A DNA stretch of 64,000 nucleotides, taken from a virus. The first letter of the stretch is position 1; the number at the start of each line of letters is the position of its first letter. Of the stretch, positions 1 through 8,468 are shown piece by piece. Made by a program: the position numbers and the translations under genes. The stretch lies in IMG/VR virus record IMGVR_UViG_3300036715_002961, positions 1 through 64,000 of that record; one strand, given 5' to 3'. The notes under the pieces were generated by a model. That model saw only the letters and a program-made list of their open reading frames with translations. It ran no database searches and was not told the origin of the DNA.

Positions 1-347
1 AGCCAGTCGGAGAGCAGATCGAACGGACACGATTCAGCGGCGACCTTGAACCGGTTGGAACCGCGTTCGTACCCTTCGAGGCGACGCCGCGCAAGGTGCG
101 CAGTCGACTCGTGGCAGACGTGCGGGACGCCAAAAAACTTGACGATCTTCTCTTTGTCTTCCGGCTTTTCCTTCATTTCGATCCGCTTGGGGAACGTGTG
201 AAGGTTGACGCGAATCGGGATGACGCGCTTGTGGAGGAACACAATGCGCGAGCCGGAGCCATCTTTGCGCCATTTGCCTGCTTTGAAGTCGCGGCGCTGC
301 GGGGCATCTTCGAGGAATGCGTCGAAATCGTTGAGGGGGTCGCTCAT
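1..347 (-). CDS. Partial ORF running off the window edge; possible gp32-like ssDNA-binding protein
   Basis: My translation from ATG at 347: MSDPLNDFDAFLEDAPQRRDFKAGKWRKDG...HVCHES...ESCPFDLLSDW, open to position 1. The His/Cys spacing and position downstream of the replication genes suggest an SSB (inference). Confidence 0.4.
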   Translation of the reverse strand, partial: MSDPLNDFDAFLEDAPQRRDFKAGKWRKDGSGSRIVFLHKRVIPIRVNLHTFPKRIEMKEKPEDKEKIVKFFGVPHVCHESTAHLARRRLEGYERGSNRFKVAAESCPFDLLSDW

Positions 348-408
348 GGGGAATTTTCTCGGGTTTTGGATAGTTAGGAGGGAATTTTGGGGGATTGTTC
401 GAAAGGAA

Positions 409-1038
409 TCAGGTCAAGTCACCGCGAGACTTGCCGAGCAGGGTTCGAAGCGCTTGGCAGCGTTCGGCTGCGACGTCGACAAGGTTATAGAACGATTTTT
501 CGACCGTTTCGAGATTGATCTCGCGCTGAATTTGCGCGCGGACCTCGTCGGGGTTCAGGATGCCCATTTGGGACTCTACGTCGGCGTCGGTGATTTGCTT
601 CGACCGCAGGCCTTCCGCCTTCTCGGTTTGAAGCGATTTGATCGCCGCTTGGCGCATCGCAGCTCGCGTAATGACGTTCTCGCGCTGCCAGATTTTCCGG
701 TGCCGGGTCGCAGTCGAGGCGAGGCGGTAGGCGTTGCGGTAATGTTTCGTCGCGGCGTTGAGAGCGGCCGCAAGGTGGCCGTATTCGAGGCGCCCGTCGG
801 CGATCGTGAGGGACGCTTCGATCGCCGCATGAATGCTGGCGATGCTCTCGGGAGAGACGACGACAGCGTCGACAATCTCGTCGGCCCACTTGGTGAAATC
901 GTCGGACTCAACCACGCCCCCAGAGAGGAACTCAGCGGCCGAGCTAGCAACGTCTGCATCGGAGACGGGAACCCGGGTTCTCGTCGCTTCGTGCGGGGGC
1001 ACGGGCGGGGAGGGGGAATCGACTGGGCGTCTGCTCAT
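409..1038 (-). CDS. Hypothetical helical protein, possibly a UvsY-like recombination mediator
   Basis: ATGA overlap with the upstream stop at 1035-1038. The helical C-terminus (KQITDADVESQM...LVDVAAERCQALRTL) loosely resembles UvsY-type proteins. Confidence 0.4.
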   Translation of the reverse strand: MSRRPVDSPSPPVPPHEATRTRVPVSDADVASSAAEFLSGGVVESDDFTKWADEIVDAVVVSPESIASIHAAIEASLTIADGRLEYGHLAAALNAATKHYRNAYRLASTATRHRKIWQRENVITRAAMRQAAIKSLQTEKAEGLRSKQITDADVESQMGILNPDEVRAQIQREINLETVEKSFYNLVDVAAERCQALRTLLGKSRGDLT

Positions 1039-1328
1039 CGACCTACCCAGAGCCAACCGCCACGCGCAAACATGCGCTGCTCCGTTTCGCCGATCGGGTC
1101 GCTGTAATCGAGGGCACTCACGAAGTGCCGACGACCTCGCCCGCTAGTGATGAATTTTTGACCGTTGTCGATGACGATCTTCGCGATGTAGCGCCAGCGG
1201 TGAAGCGCTTTGACGGGGTAAGAGGGCGACGGCGGGGTCGTCGGGGCGAAGTGCTCGCCGAATCGCTTCGCCTCTGCGCGCGACGCGATTTGAAGATGGC
1301 GCGTGAGCGGGTTTTTGCTGAGTTTCAT
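1035..1328 (-). CDS. Hypothetical protein (97 aa)
   Basis: Coupled by 4-nt overlaps to both neighbours. Confidence 0.55.
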   Translation of the reverse strand: MKLSKNPLTRHLQIASRAEAKRFGEHFAPTTPPSPSYPVKALHRWRYIAKIVIDNGQKFITSGRGRRHFVSALDYSDPIGETEQRMFARGGWLWVGR

Positions 1329-1543
1329 AGCTTTCTCGACGGGAAGGGGAATGGGATGAAAACCCAGGCGGCGCTGGCGTGAATCACGCGAATCGGCAGA
1401 TGCTCGGGGCTTAGTTGGTAGGCCCTTAGGATCGCGGGAATGGCGCTCACAGTCAGCGACGCTCGGCGTTTGAGGGATGCGTTTTCGGCTTTGAGTTCGT
1501 TATTTTCGCGAACCAGAGACTCGATCGCTTTTCGAGGGATCAT
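1325..1543 (-). CDS. Small coiled-coil hypothetical protein (72 aa)
   Basis: MIPRKAIESLVRENNELKAENASLKRR; the A of its ATG is the last A of the tmRNA CCA end. Confidence 0.55.
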   Translation of the reverse strand: MIPRKAIESLVRENNELKAENASLKRRASLTVSAIPAILRAYQLSPEHLPIRVIHASAAWVFIPFPFPSRKL

Positions 1544-1876
1544 GGTGGAGACGCCGGGAATCGAACCCGGGTCCAAAGGTTTCAGCGGCGGGTGTCGCTC
1601 ACATGTTTAGCCGCCGAGGCGGCGGGGGTTGCGCTGCGAGTTAACGCGACTCGGCGCTAGCAGGCGGTTTGATGCGCCGAGTCGTTTGGGTGCCCCTATA
1701 ACTGGCGCAACAGCGGGTATTTGGGGCCCTTCCCAGCTGTCACGGTTCAGGCCGCGATGGTCTGAACGAGGTCGTTATCGTTGGCGAATAACGGATGGTA
1801 GATTGGGTCGGCGCGGACCTACCACCGCGCACATGCAGCCCGAAACTGAGAATCTCTGTCGAAACCTTTCGTCCCC
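1543..1876 (-). ncRNA. ssrA: tmRNA (one-piece, 334 nt), tag peptide ANDNDLVQTIAA
   Basis: 5' end GGGGACGAAAGGTTTCGAC; 3' end GGACCCGGGTTCGATTCCCGGCGTCTCCACCA. Acceptor stem GGGGACG/CGTCTCC has the G3-U wobble. Pseudoknot 1 pairings GCGCGG/CCGCGC and TGGTAG/CTACCA. Tag ORF 1785-1747 ends in AA-stop. Confidence 0.97.
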
Positions 1877-2069
1877 TAAATGCTCGTCTTTCCGAGCTGT
1901 CACCGGTGGACGTTGCGAACGACAACGCTTGCTATCGCACCCGGAAATCTTCAGATCAAAAGTCGATCTCGTGGTCCGCCGAGGATGCGAAGGGGAGGAG
2001 ACTTATGCGTTCGGTTTCGGATTTGGGCGATTCGGGATCTGGTTCCATGTCAAATCGTACGTCGTTTCG

Positions 2070-4427
2070 TCAGGATTTCGATCGAAACAACGGACCAAGC
2101 TCGGCGTTTTTTGTCGCAGTCTCTTCAAGCTTGCGCGCTTTCTTCTCGGCCGCGCGCGTCTTGCCAAACTGCGTCCACATGGACGAGGACGACGGGAACG
2201 CCGCTTCGAGTAGGTGCTGCGTTGGGGGGTAGACGGTCTTTTCCCAGATGTAATGGCGGTCGACCTCGCCCACGTAGTCGGACGCGGGAACGACGACAGT
2301 AGGGTCGGCGGTCGAGTCAACGATGACGTAGGCGATGCGCGTGCCCTCGCGAACTTCCTCCCCGCGGGCGCGAAGAATTTTGGCGGCGGCGACGTGCGGC
2401 AAATCCGCAAACTTCTCCCCGTCGTTTTTCACGCGACGCGATTTCTCGTACTCGGCGAGGTCTTTTGAGAGCGTCTTCGTCATCGCGATCTCTTCGACGG
2501 GAAGCGGGTCGGCGAATACGTGCGCTTGGGACGACTCGACCAGCGAGACGTACTTGGCTACGTTTTCCTCGCCAGAGAGGACCATGTTGATGGCGGTTTC
2601 TTGGAGGCGGCGGGCGAGCTGCGTCGTGTCACCGCGCTTGTATTCGAGGCCCTTGATCTCGGGCTTCGAGTCGGCGGTCGCCCGCTTGCCCTTGTAATGG
2701 ACGTAGTTGCCGGCGTAGCGCTTCGCCGTGACGAACACGACACGATCAAACGCCTTTTCGTAGGCGAGTTTGATCGTCGAACGGTGAGCGCAACCGACGC
2801 CGCCGAGGATGCGAGGGTATAGCGTTGAGTTGCAGTGCTCGACGAACTCGCCGAAGCGCTCTTCCGAGCAGCCGACGACGAACAAAGAGTCGGTGTCGCC
2901 GTAGACCGTGTCGAGCTTCCAGCGGCGCGCCTCGGCGATCGTCGACTCAATGAGCCAGCGTCCGCATTTGGTGACTGACTCGGCGATCGCGCGAACGTAG
3001 AACCGACTGTTGGTTGTTCCGAGGACGCCGTAGAAGCTGTTGGCCGCGACCTTGTAGGCGGTCGAAATTCGGTCGTAGGATTTCCACGCGTCGGTGCCCG
3101 GAGGCTCGTTTGCCTTCTTGTCGTTGTAGACCTTTCGCATCTTGATCATCGTGCGAAGGGCTTCTGGAAGGATGCCGTCGGCGCCCACTTCGAACGTGAC
3201 TCCGTTGAGCGGGGAGCGCGCGTGGCCGGGGGCGATAGGGCCATTGACCGGCATGTCTTTGCGCGTTTCAAGGCTCATGTTCCACGTGATGATGATGCTC
3301 GGGTAGAGCGAGGCGAAGTCGGCTACGTGAACGTTGCGGAGGATGCCCATGCCCTCGGCCGGCTTCATGACGTAGGCACCCTCGTAGGGGACTTCGCCGT
3401 CACGGTACTGCGCAGTCGGGAAGTGCGTTTTGCGCTCAACCGCGAGGCGGAGCATGAACCCGTCCATTTGTTGTGTGGGCTGTAGACCGAATGTATTCGG
3501 CAACATTTGCGTGACTTGAGTCAGCGCAAAAAACAGCTCCATGTAACCGGTCTTCTCTTCGATTCGCTTGAGGAGCCGCGTATCCTGGACGTTGTAGCGA
3601 ACCATTTTCTCGCGGTCTTCACCGCCACGCTCCCAATGAGCCCACGTTTGAGACGCGTCGAAATCATCTTTCTCGCCGACGCCAAGGCTACGCGCGACGT
3701 TGTTGAGTTTCATCGACACCTTCTCGTCGCCCGACTCGGCCGCGGTGTTCATTTTGCCGAACAACAGCATATGATCGAGCCACAGCCAGCGATGCAGCTC
3801 GAAGCGACGGCGAGCGACGGTGATGTTGCGGGCCTCAATGACGGGGAAGTCGAACCCGTCGCCGTTCCACGCGACGACCAGGTCAAACCGCGCGAGAACG
3901 TCGAACATGCCCTGCAGAAGGGTCAGCTCGGCCGCGTCGGTGTCCGCTTCGAGAACTCCACACCAGTCCTCATCTGACTCGCCTGAGACGACCGCCCATG
4001 ACAGGATCCGAGCATCTTCCTTGCGCGAGAACGGCACCCTCGAATCGGTTTCGAGGTCGAGGTAGGCCACGCGGGGACGCTGGATCGAAGCGCCAGAATC
4101 GGCCAGCCAGCGACGAAGCGGGCGAACGTCGCCCTCGTACGCGTCGGTGTAGGCGAGGGGGCTTTTTTTCTCGCCGTTGCCGAAAACCATCGCGCGGCGA
4201 GCGATGTGGTCGACGAACTCTACGCGCAGCCATTCGCCCTCGACCTTGACGGACCGAACCGAGGCCGCGTCGCGAAGCTGACGCTCGTGCCCGTGCTGGA
4301 GGGAAATGCGCTTGTAAAACACCGCATAGGAGGCGGGAACCGTCGTGGTTTTGATCGCCCCGTCGGGGAGACGGGTCGCCAGAACCAGGTTTGAACCCGC
4401 CTCCCATGCGTTGACGATTTCGGTCAC
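2070..4427 (-). CDS. Family B DNA polymerase with 3'-5' exonuclease (~785 aa)
   Basis: ExoI YLDLET, ExoII VAWNGDGFDFP, ExoIII YNVQD; motif A DFASLYPSII, B KVAANSFYG, C YGDTDSLF. Probable GTG start at 4427 overlaps the upstream TGA (GTGA). Confidence 0.95.
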   Translation of the reverse strand: MTEIVNAWEAGSNLVLATRLPDGAIKTTTVPASYAVFYKRISLQHGHERQLRDAASVRSVKVEGEWLRVEFVDHIARRAMVFGNGEKKSPLAYTDAYEGDVRPLRRWLADSGASIQRPRVAYLDLETDSRVPFSRKEDARILSWAVVSGESDEDWCGVLEADTDAAELTLLQGMFDVLARFDLVVAWNGDGFDFPVIEARNITVARRRFELHRWLWLDHMLLFGKMNTAAESGDEKVSMKLNNVARSLGVGEKDDFDASQTWAHWERGGEDREKMVRYNVQDTRLLKRIEEKTGYMELFFALTQVTQMLPNTFGLQPTQQMDGFMLRLAVERKTHFPTAQYRDGEVPYEGAYVMKPAEGMGILRNVHVADFASLYPSIIITWNMSLETRKDMPVNGPIAPGHARSPLNGVTFEVGADGILPEALRTMIKMRKVYNDKKANEPPGTDAWKSYDRISTAYKVAANSFYGVLGTTNSRFYVRAIAESVTKCGRWLIESTIAEARRWKLDTVYGDTDSLFVVGCSEERFGEFVEHCNSTLYPRILGGVGCAHRSTIKLAYEKAFDRVVFVTAKRYAGNYVHYKGKRATADSKPEIKGLEYKRGDTTQLARRLQETAINMVLSGEENVAKYVSLVESSQAHVFADPLPVEEIAMTKTLSKDLAEYEKSRRVKNDGEKFADLPHVAAAKILRARGEEVREGTRIAYVIVDSTADPTVVVPASDYVGEVDRHYIWEKTVYPPTQHLLEAAFPSSSSMWTQFGKTRAAEKKARKLEETATKNAELGPLFRSKS

Positions 4428-5593
4428 GCCTCGCGGATCGGCTCCATTTCGAGCAGAAATTCCGCGTTCGGACCGAGGCGCAGGCGGAACATGATCGTCG
4501 TTCCGTTGTTGCACTCGAACATGCCCCACGGATTCTGATGAATGTCCGTCGCCAGATCCGACGATTCGCTCCGTTGGTAGAGCGGGATCTTGGTCAGGCC
4601 GGTCGGGAGAACAGTCGTGATGATCTTCGGATCGTCCGAGACCACCTGCGCCTTCTTCGGCTTCGACGGGGCCGGGGGCTCGTCGGAGGTCGATCCGTTC
4701 TGCTCGCGAACCTTCGCTTCGAGGTCCCGTTTCGAAATGCTCGCCGCTTCCGGAAGAAGATTTGCCCTCGTTTCCGGGTCCACCTTGAGCAAAATCCCCA
4801 GCTTGGTCGGGCCGACCGTCGCGATCGTCGTCGCGTCGAACGTCGTCCGAACCGAGATGACGTTGACCGCCCATTTCCCCGAAACTCCGAACTCGCTCTC
4901 GACGAAGCTGGCGAACGATTTGAACAGCGGCTTCCCCGTCTCGTCCTTGCGAAGCTTCCAAATCTGGGTTTCTTGCAGCTCTTTCAGCTCGCTGCCCAGG
5001 TGCCAGAAACTCAGATTGACGTCGCCCATGACCGAGCGAACCCGGCTGACCTTCGCTTCCAGGTCTTCCGGCGTGAACTTCGATTCCGGGCTCTCGACCG
5101 GCGGCTTGTCCCCGATGATCTGCGACTTCTTCGCCGGTTCCTCGCCCTCCCCGCACGCCGGGCAATTGTCGAACTGAATGTCCGACCGAAGGCCGCATTT
5201 CCAGCATTTCGCAAGTTCGATCTGCGGTCGGGCCGCATAGTAGGCAGCGATCAGTTTGACCAGCGCCTGCGTCGTCTTCGCCGGATCGCCCGCTGAGGCA
5301 GTCGAGGTCTCGTGGACCACGTCCAGGCTGAGCAGCTCGATGGCCAACGTCTTGACCATTTCGTGATCCATCTTCGCCGGCTTCGTCCCTACGAGCAGCG
5401 CCTTGATGTCGCCCGCCGCAATCGTCTCCGTCTGCGGCTCGGTCAGCGATTCCACCGGGATCGCGTCGACCGGCTTCGATTTCTTGGGCTTCACCTCGGC
5501 CGACTTCTTCGCCGGAGCGGACTTGGGTGCGGGCTTCTTGGTGGGGGGCGTCTTCTTGGCGGTTTTGGTGGACGCCAGATCGTTCTTTTTCAT
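4424..5593 (-). CDS. Putative DNA-binding protein: Lys/Pro-rich N-terminus, CxxC...CxxC zinc ribbon, DUF3102-like region
   Basis: Starts MKKNDLAST after AAGAAGG; CWKC...CPAC; FWHLGSELKEL...FASFVESEFGVSGKWA resembles DUF3102. Confidence 0.6.
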   Translation of the reverse strand: MKKNDLASTKTAKKTPPTKKPAPKSAPAKKSAEVKPKKSKPVDAIPVESLTEPQTETIAAGDIKALLVGTKPAKMDHEMVKTLAIELLSLDVVHETSTASAGDPAKTTQALVKLIAAYYAARPQIELAKCWKCGLRSDIQFDNCPACGEGEEPAKKSQIIGDKPPVESPESKFTPEDLEAKVSRVRSVMGDVNLSFWHLGSELKELQETQIWKLRKDETGKPLFKSFASFVESEFGVSGKWAVNVISVRTTFDATTIATVGPTKLGILLKVDPETRANLLPEAASISKRDLEAKVREQNGSTSDEPPAPSKPKKAQVVSDDPKIITTVLPTGLTKIPLYQRSESSDLATDIHQNPWGMFECNNGTTIMFRLRLGPNAEFLLEMEPIREA

Positions 5594-6005
5594 TGAAACC
5601 TTCTTTGAGCGCCGCGAACAAGGCGGCAATTTTGTGGGCAGAAACGTACTTGAGGGCATCAACGCGAGACCAGCCGACGCTGTCGAGGACGCCATAGACA
5701 GGGCCGAGGCCCGCGCGCTCGGCGATGCGCCGGGCGTCGAAGGCAAAATGGTCAGGGCTTGGAACAGAACTGCGCTCTAACGCGCCTTCGTCGTGGACCT
5801 GGACGCCAACCCAGCGACACGCGCGAAGGGCCTTGCGGTGAGCGTCCTTGACGGCGGAAACCGCCTTCAGATTGACCATCGGGGGGGATACGCGGCGGGC
5901 CGCTTCCCATCGGGCGATCAATAGGTCCTGCTCAATGTCCTGAGCTTCGACTGCGGGATCTTGGCGACGGCGAGCCATCGCCCGCGCGCGGGCGCTGATG
6001 TGCAT
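5590..6005 (-). CDS. Compact sigma-70/ECF-like ORF (region 2-like); end approximate because it has no in-frame stop before the end of PolB
   Basis: ARAMARR...AQDIEQDLLIARWEAARR...AVKDAHRK resembles sigma region 2; GAGG Shine-Dalgarno (SD) upstream. Confidence 0.45.
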
Positions 6006-6065
6006 AGGGGGTCCTCTCAGCGAGCCGGTTTAAGGGGCGGGGAGCGGGAACGCAACTCGGTTTTT

Positions 6066-6536
6066 CTACGCCTCGCCAAGCTTCTCGACTTTCTTGGCAA
6101 ATCGCTTAACGGCTCGAACCGACTTGCGCTCGCTCGCGCGCCGATCGTAGTAGCGCTTGCCCGTCGCGGCCTTGTACGCCGCCTTCTCCTCTGGCGTTTT
6201 GGGGTGCTTTTTGTAGCTCGCCGGCGGCGCATCGGGATCCTTCCGCGGGCGCCCGCCAGAGGCTCCGTTGGGAGGCTTGATGCCGCGAGCTACGAAATCC
6301 ACCTCGATAAGTCGCAGGGTCTCGGTGAGGTCGAGTTCTTGGATCCAGCGGCGAAACGTCGTGTTGGCGACGACAAACGCAAGGGCCGTTTTGATGAAGA
6401 CAGCGCCGTTGGCCTTGTAGGCCTCGACGATGATTTGTCGCGCTCGGTCGAGGTCGGTCGCCATGAACCCACGCATCTGGCGAGGCGTGTAGGGGATGGG
6501 AACGCAGTCGACGCTTTTCTCTTTCTTTTCTTTCAC
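6066..6536 (-). CDS. Basic hypothetical DNA-binding protein with an AT-hook-like motif
   Basis: GGRPRK motif; Lys/Arg-rich C-terminus. Confidence 0.55.
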   Translation of the reverse strand: MKEKKEKSVDCVPIPYTPRQMRGFMATDLDRARQIIVEAYKANGAVFIKTALAFVVANTTFRRWIQELDLTETLRLIEVDFVARGIKPPNGASGGRPRKDPDAPPASYKKHPKTPEEKAAYKAATGKRYYDRRASERKSVRAVKRFAKKVEKLGEA

Positions 6537-6538
6537 GA

Positions 6539-7507
6539 TTACCAGCCGTTCTTGATGACGTCGCCGATGAGTTCGCAGTCTTCAGCGGGGTTGTAGGGAC
6601 CGTTGCCGGCTTCCGTTTCGGGGGCGATGTATCGGCGGGCCTGGAGCCATCCGGTGAGGTTGCCCCCTTGTTTCTCGGCGACGGGAAGGGGCTTGGCCGC
6701 GTGCTCCCAGGGGGACCAATGGCCGTTGGTTTTGTGCGCCCGACCGCGGGCAAGGTCGGCCGGAACGTCGTCGACGACGCCGCGTTGGTAAAACGTGACG
6801 CGACCGAGACGGCCAGCGGACACACCGAGACGATCTTCGATGGAGAGGCGGCGCGTTTCAAACCAACTGCCGTCGCGCCAGTCGGAGCCGTCGTCGAGGC
6901 CGTCGATGTAGGGCAAGTGCCATTCGTCTTTGTCTATCGGTCGGAGCGGCTCGCGCGCGAGCAGGATGCCGATGGCCAAGGCGAGCATGCGGAAGTCGGG
7001 CTGCGCAGCGGGGGAGAGGCGCTGGCGGAGCATGTTTCGCCAGGCCGTCGCCGTGACGATCGTCTGCATCCACATGTACGGCTCCAACGCGCGATTGATT
7101 TCTTGCTTTGACGCTCCCTGCTTCGCTTCGCGCTCGGCGTAGTCGGCGGCCAAGTTGGCCTGTTTGATCCAAGCCTCACGGCGCGCTTGTTGGAAGGAAG
7201 GCGACGACACGATCTCAGAGGTTTCGTCGCCTCCCATGCCCTTTTTGCGACCCGTAAAATAGACTGGAATCGCCGGGTTTTCGCGCACCTGAGCGATGAC
7301 CGTTTCGATGGGGATCGCGCGTGAGGACGCCGCGTTGCGCGACCATTCGCGGTAGGTCATCAGCTCCGAATGGATGAAACGGGGGTAGGTCAACAGAAGC
7401 GTGCCGATGGCGGGAACCGGATTTTCGGGGGTCGAGTAGGGGTTTGCGCTCGCAAGGATCAGGCGGGCGACGGTGTTGTGGGCGGTTTGGACTTCAGGCA
7501 GCTGCAC
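6539..7507 (-). CDS. thyX: FAD-dependent thymidylate synthase, phage type
   Basis: YPRFIHSELMTYREWSRNAASSRAIP, KQEINRALEP and HWSPWEHAA are typical of phage ThyX; GTG start at 7507 with GAGG SD. Confidence 0.85.
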   Translation of the reverse strand: MQLPEVQTAHNTVARLILASANPYSTPENPVPAIGTLLLTYPRFIHSELMTYREWSRNAASSRAIPIETVIAQVRENPAIPVYFTGRKKGMGGDETSEIVSSPSFQQARREAWIKQANLAADYAEREAKQGASKQEINRALEPYMWMQTIVTATAWRNMLRQRLSPAAQPDFRMLALAIGILLAREPLRPIDKDEWHLPYIDGLDDGSDWRDGSWFETRRLSIEDRLGVSAGRLGRVTFYQRGVVDDVPADLARGRAHKTNGHWSPWEHAAKPLPVAEKQGGNLTGWLQARRYIAPETEAGNGPYNPAEDCELIGDVIKNGW

Positions 7508-8468
7508 GAAGAACCTCGTTGAACGCGGCGAACAGAATTTCGGAGAGCTGGGAGAGGGGGAGCGAGTCGGCGTCGGAGCCAGGGGGCATCGCCGCGCGGA
7601 CGGTTGGCCGTCCGTAGCGCGAAACGAGAACGCGAACCTTTTCGGCGAGGACGTCGCCCGCGCCGTCGGGGTCGGAGACGAGGACCAGGCGGGGCCAGGA
7701 AACGAGCTTCGTCGCGTGCTGCACGCGGATCTGGGAGCCAGCAAGGGCGGCGATCGAAACGTCGCCGAGAGCGCGCTCGACGGCCATCGCGTTGAACGCA
7801 CCCTCGGTGACGAACAGAACGTTGCGTGATGCCGGCGGGGGCCAATGACGCTCACCGAACAGGGCGCCGAGGCTCGAACCGTCCACGTCGGGCTCGGGTT
7901 CAAGGTAGCGCCGGCGGTCGCCCGTGTAGGAGCGCGCGGTGTAGCCGCCGAGGACGTTGTTCGAATCCGCGTAGGGGATCACGATCCGACCGCCGAGAGG
8001 CCCCTTCCGCGCGAACGTAATGCCCCAGCGGGCGACCTGTGCGGCCGTGACGTTGTTGCCGAACTTGTTGCGATTCAACAGATATTCGCGGATGCGCGGG
8101 GGCCACTGGTCAAGCGGCATGGGAGGCTCGACGTGGGGCGGCAGCTCGAAGATCGGCCGGCGGCGAACCTGCAACGACACGGACTCGACCTCGCGACGCG
8201 GTGCTTCGGCGTCGCCGGCGAGCCACTCGACCGCCGCGGGGTAGGTCATGCCCGGATGCAGGGCGCGGACCAGAGAGATCAGGTCGCCAGAAAATCCGCA
8301 AGGAAAGCAATGGTGCATGCCGTCCTTGTCGCCGCCGTCCTCGTCGCGGATACGCCACGACGGAGACGAATCATCGTGCGCCGGATTCGGACATAGGGCC
8401 GTCAGCTCCTTGCCGCCGCGCTTGTAGGCGATGCCCAGGCGGCTCAAAACTCGCTCAACGCGCGTCAT
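7494..8468 (-). CDS. DNA primase (CHC2-type zinc finger + TOPRIM)
   Basis: CPNPAHDDSSPS...HCFPCG; RIVIP; VTEGAFNA; DPDGAG. Confidence 0.9.
   Translation of the reverse strand: MTRVERVLSRLGIAYKRGGKELTALCPNPAHDDSSPSWRIRDEDGGDKDGMHHCFPCGFSGDLISLVRALHPGMTYPAAVEWLAGDAEAPRREVESVSLQVRRRPIFELPPHVEPPMPLDQWPPRIREYLLNRNKFGNNVTAAQVARWGITFARKGPLGGRIVIPYADSNNVLGGYTARSYTGDRRRYLEPEPDVDGSSLGALFGERHWPPPASRNVLFVTEGAFNAMAVERALGDVSIAALAGSQIRVQHATKLVSWPRLVLVSDPDGAGDVLAEKVRVLVSRYGRPTVRAAMPPGSDADSLPLSQLSEILFAAFNEVLRAAA

Noticed and set aside
1561-1574. GAACCCGGGTCC as another palindrome copy
   Set aside because: Explained by the tmRNA T-arm.
1543-1580. tRNA gene or prophage attachment site
   Set aside because: This is the 3' end of a full tmRNA; no duplicate copy or integrase is present in the window.
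2070-6005. A single 1311-aa DNA polymerase, as given in the ORF track
   Set aside because: The middle ~390 codons read as an off-frame shadow of the 4424-5593 gene, and PolB has its own coupled GTG start at 4427. No intein motifs were recognised. Kept only as a finding.
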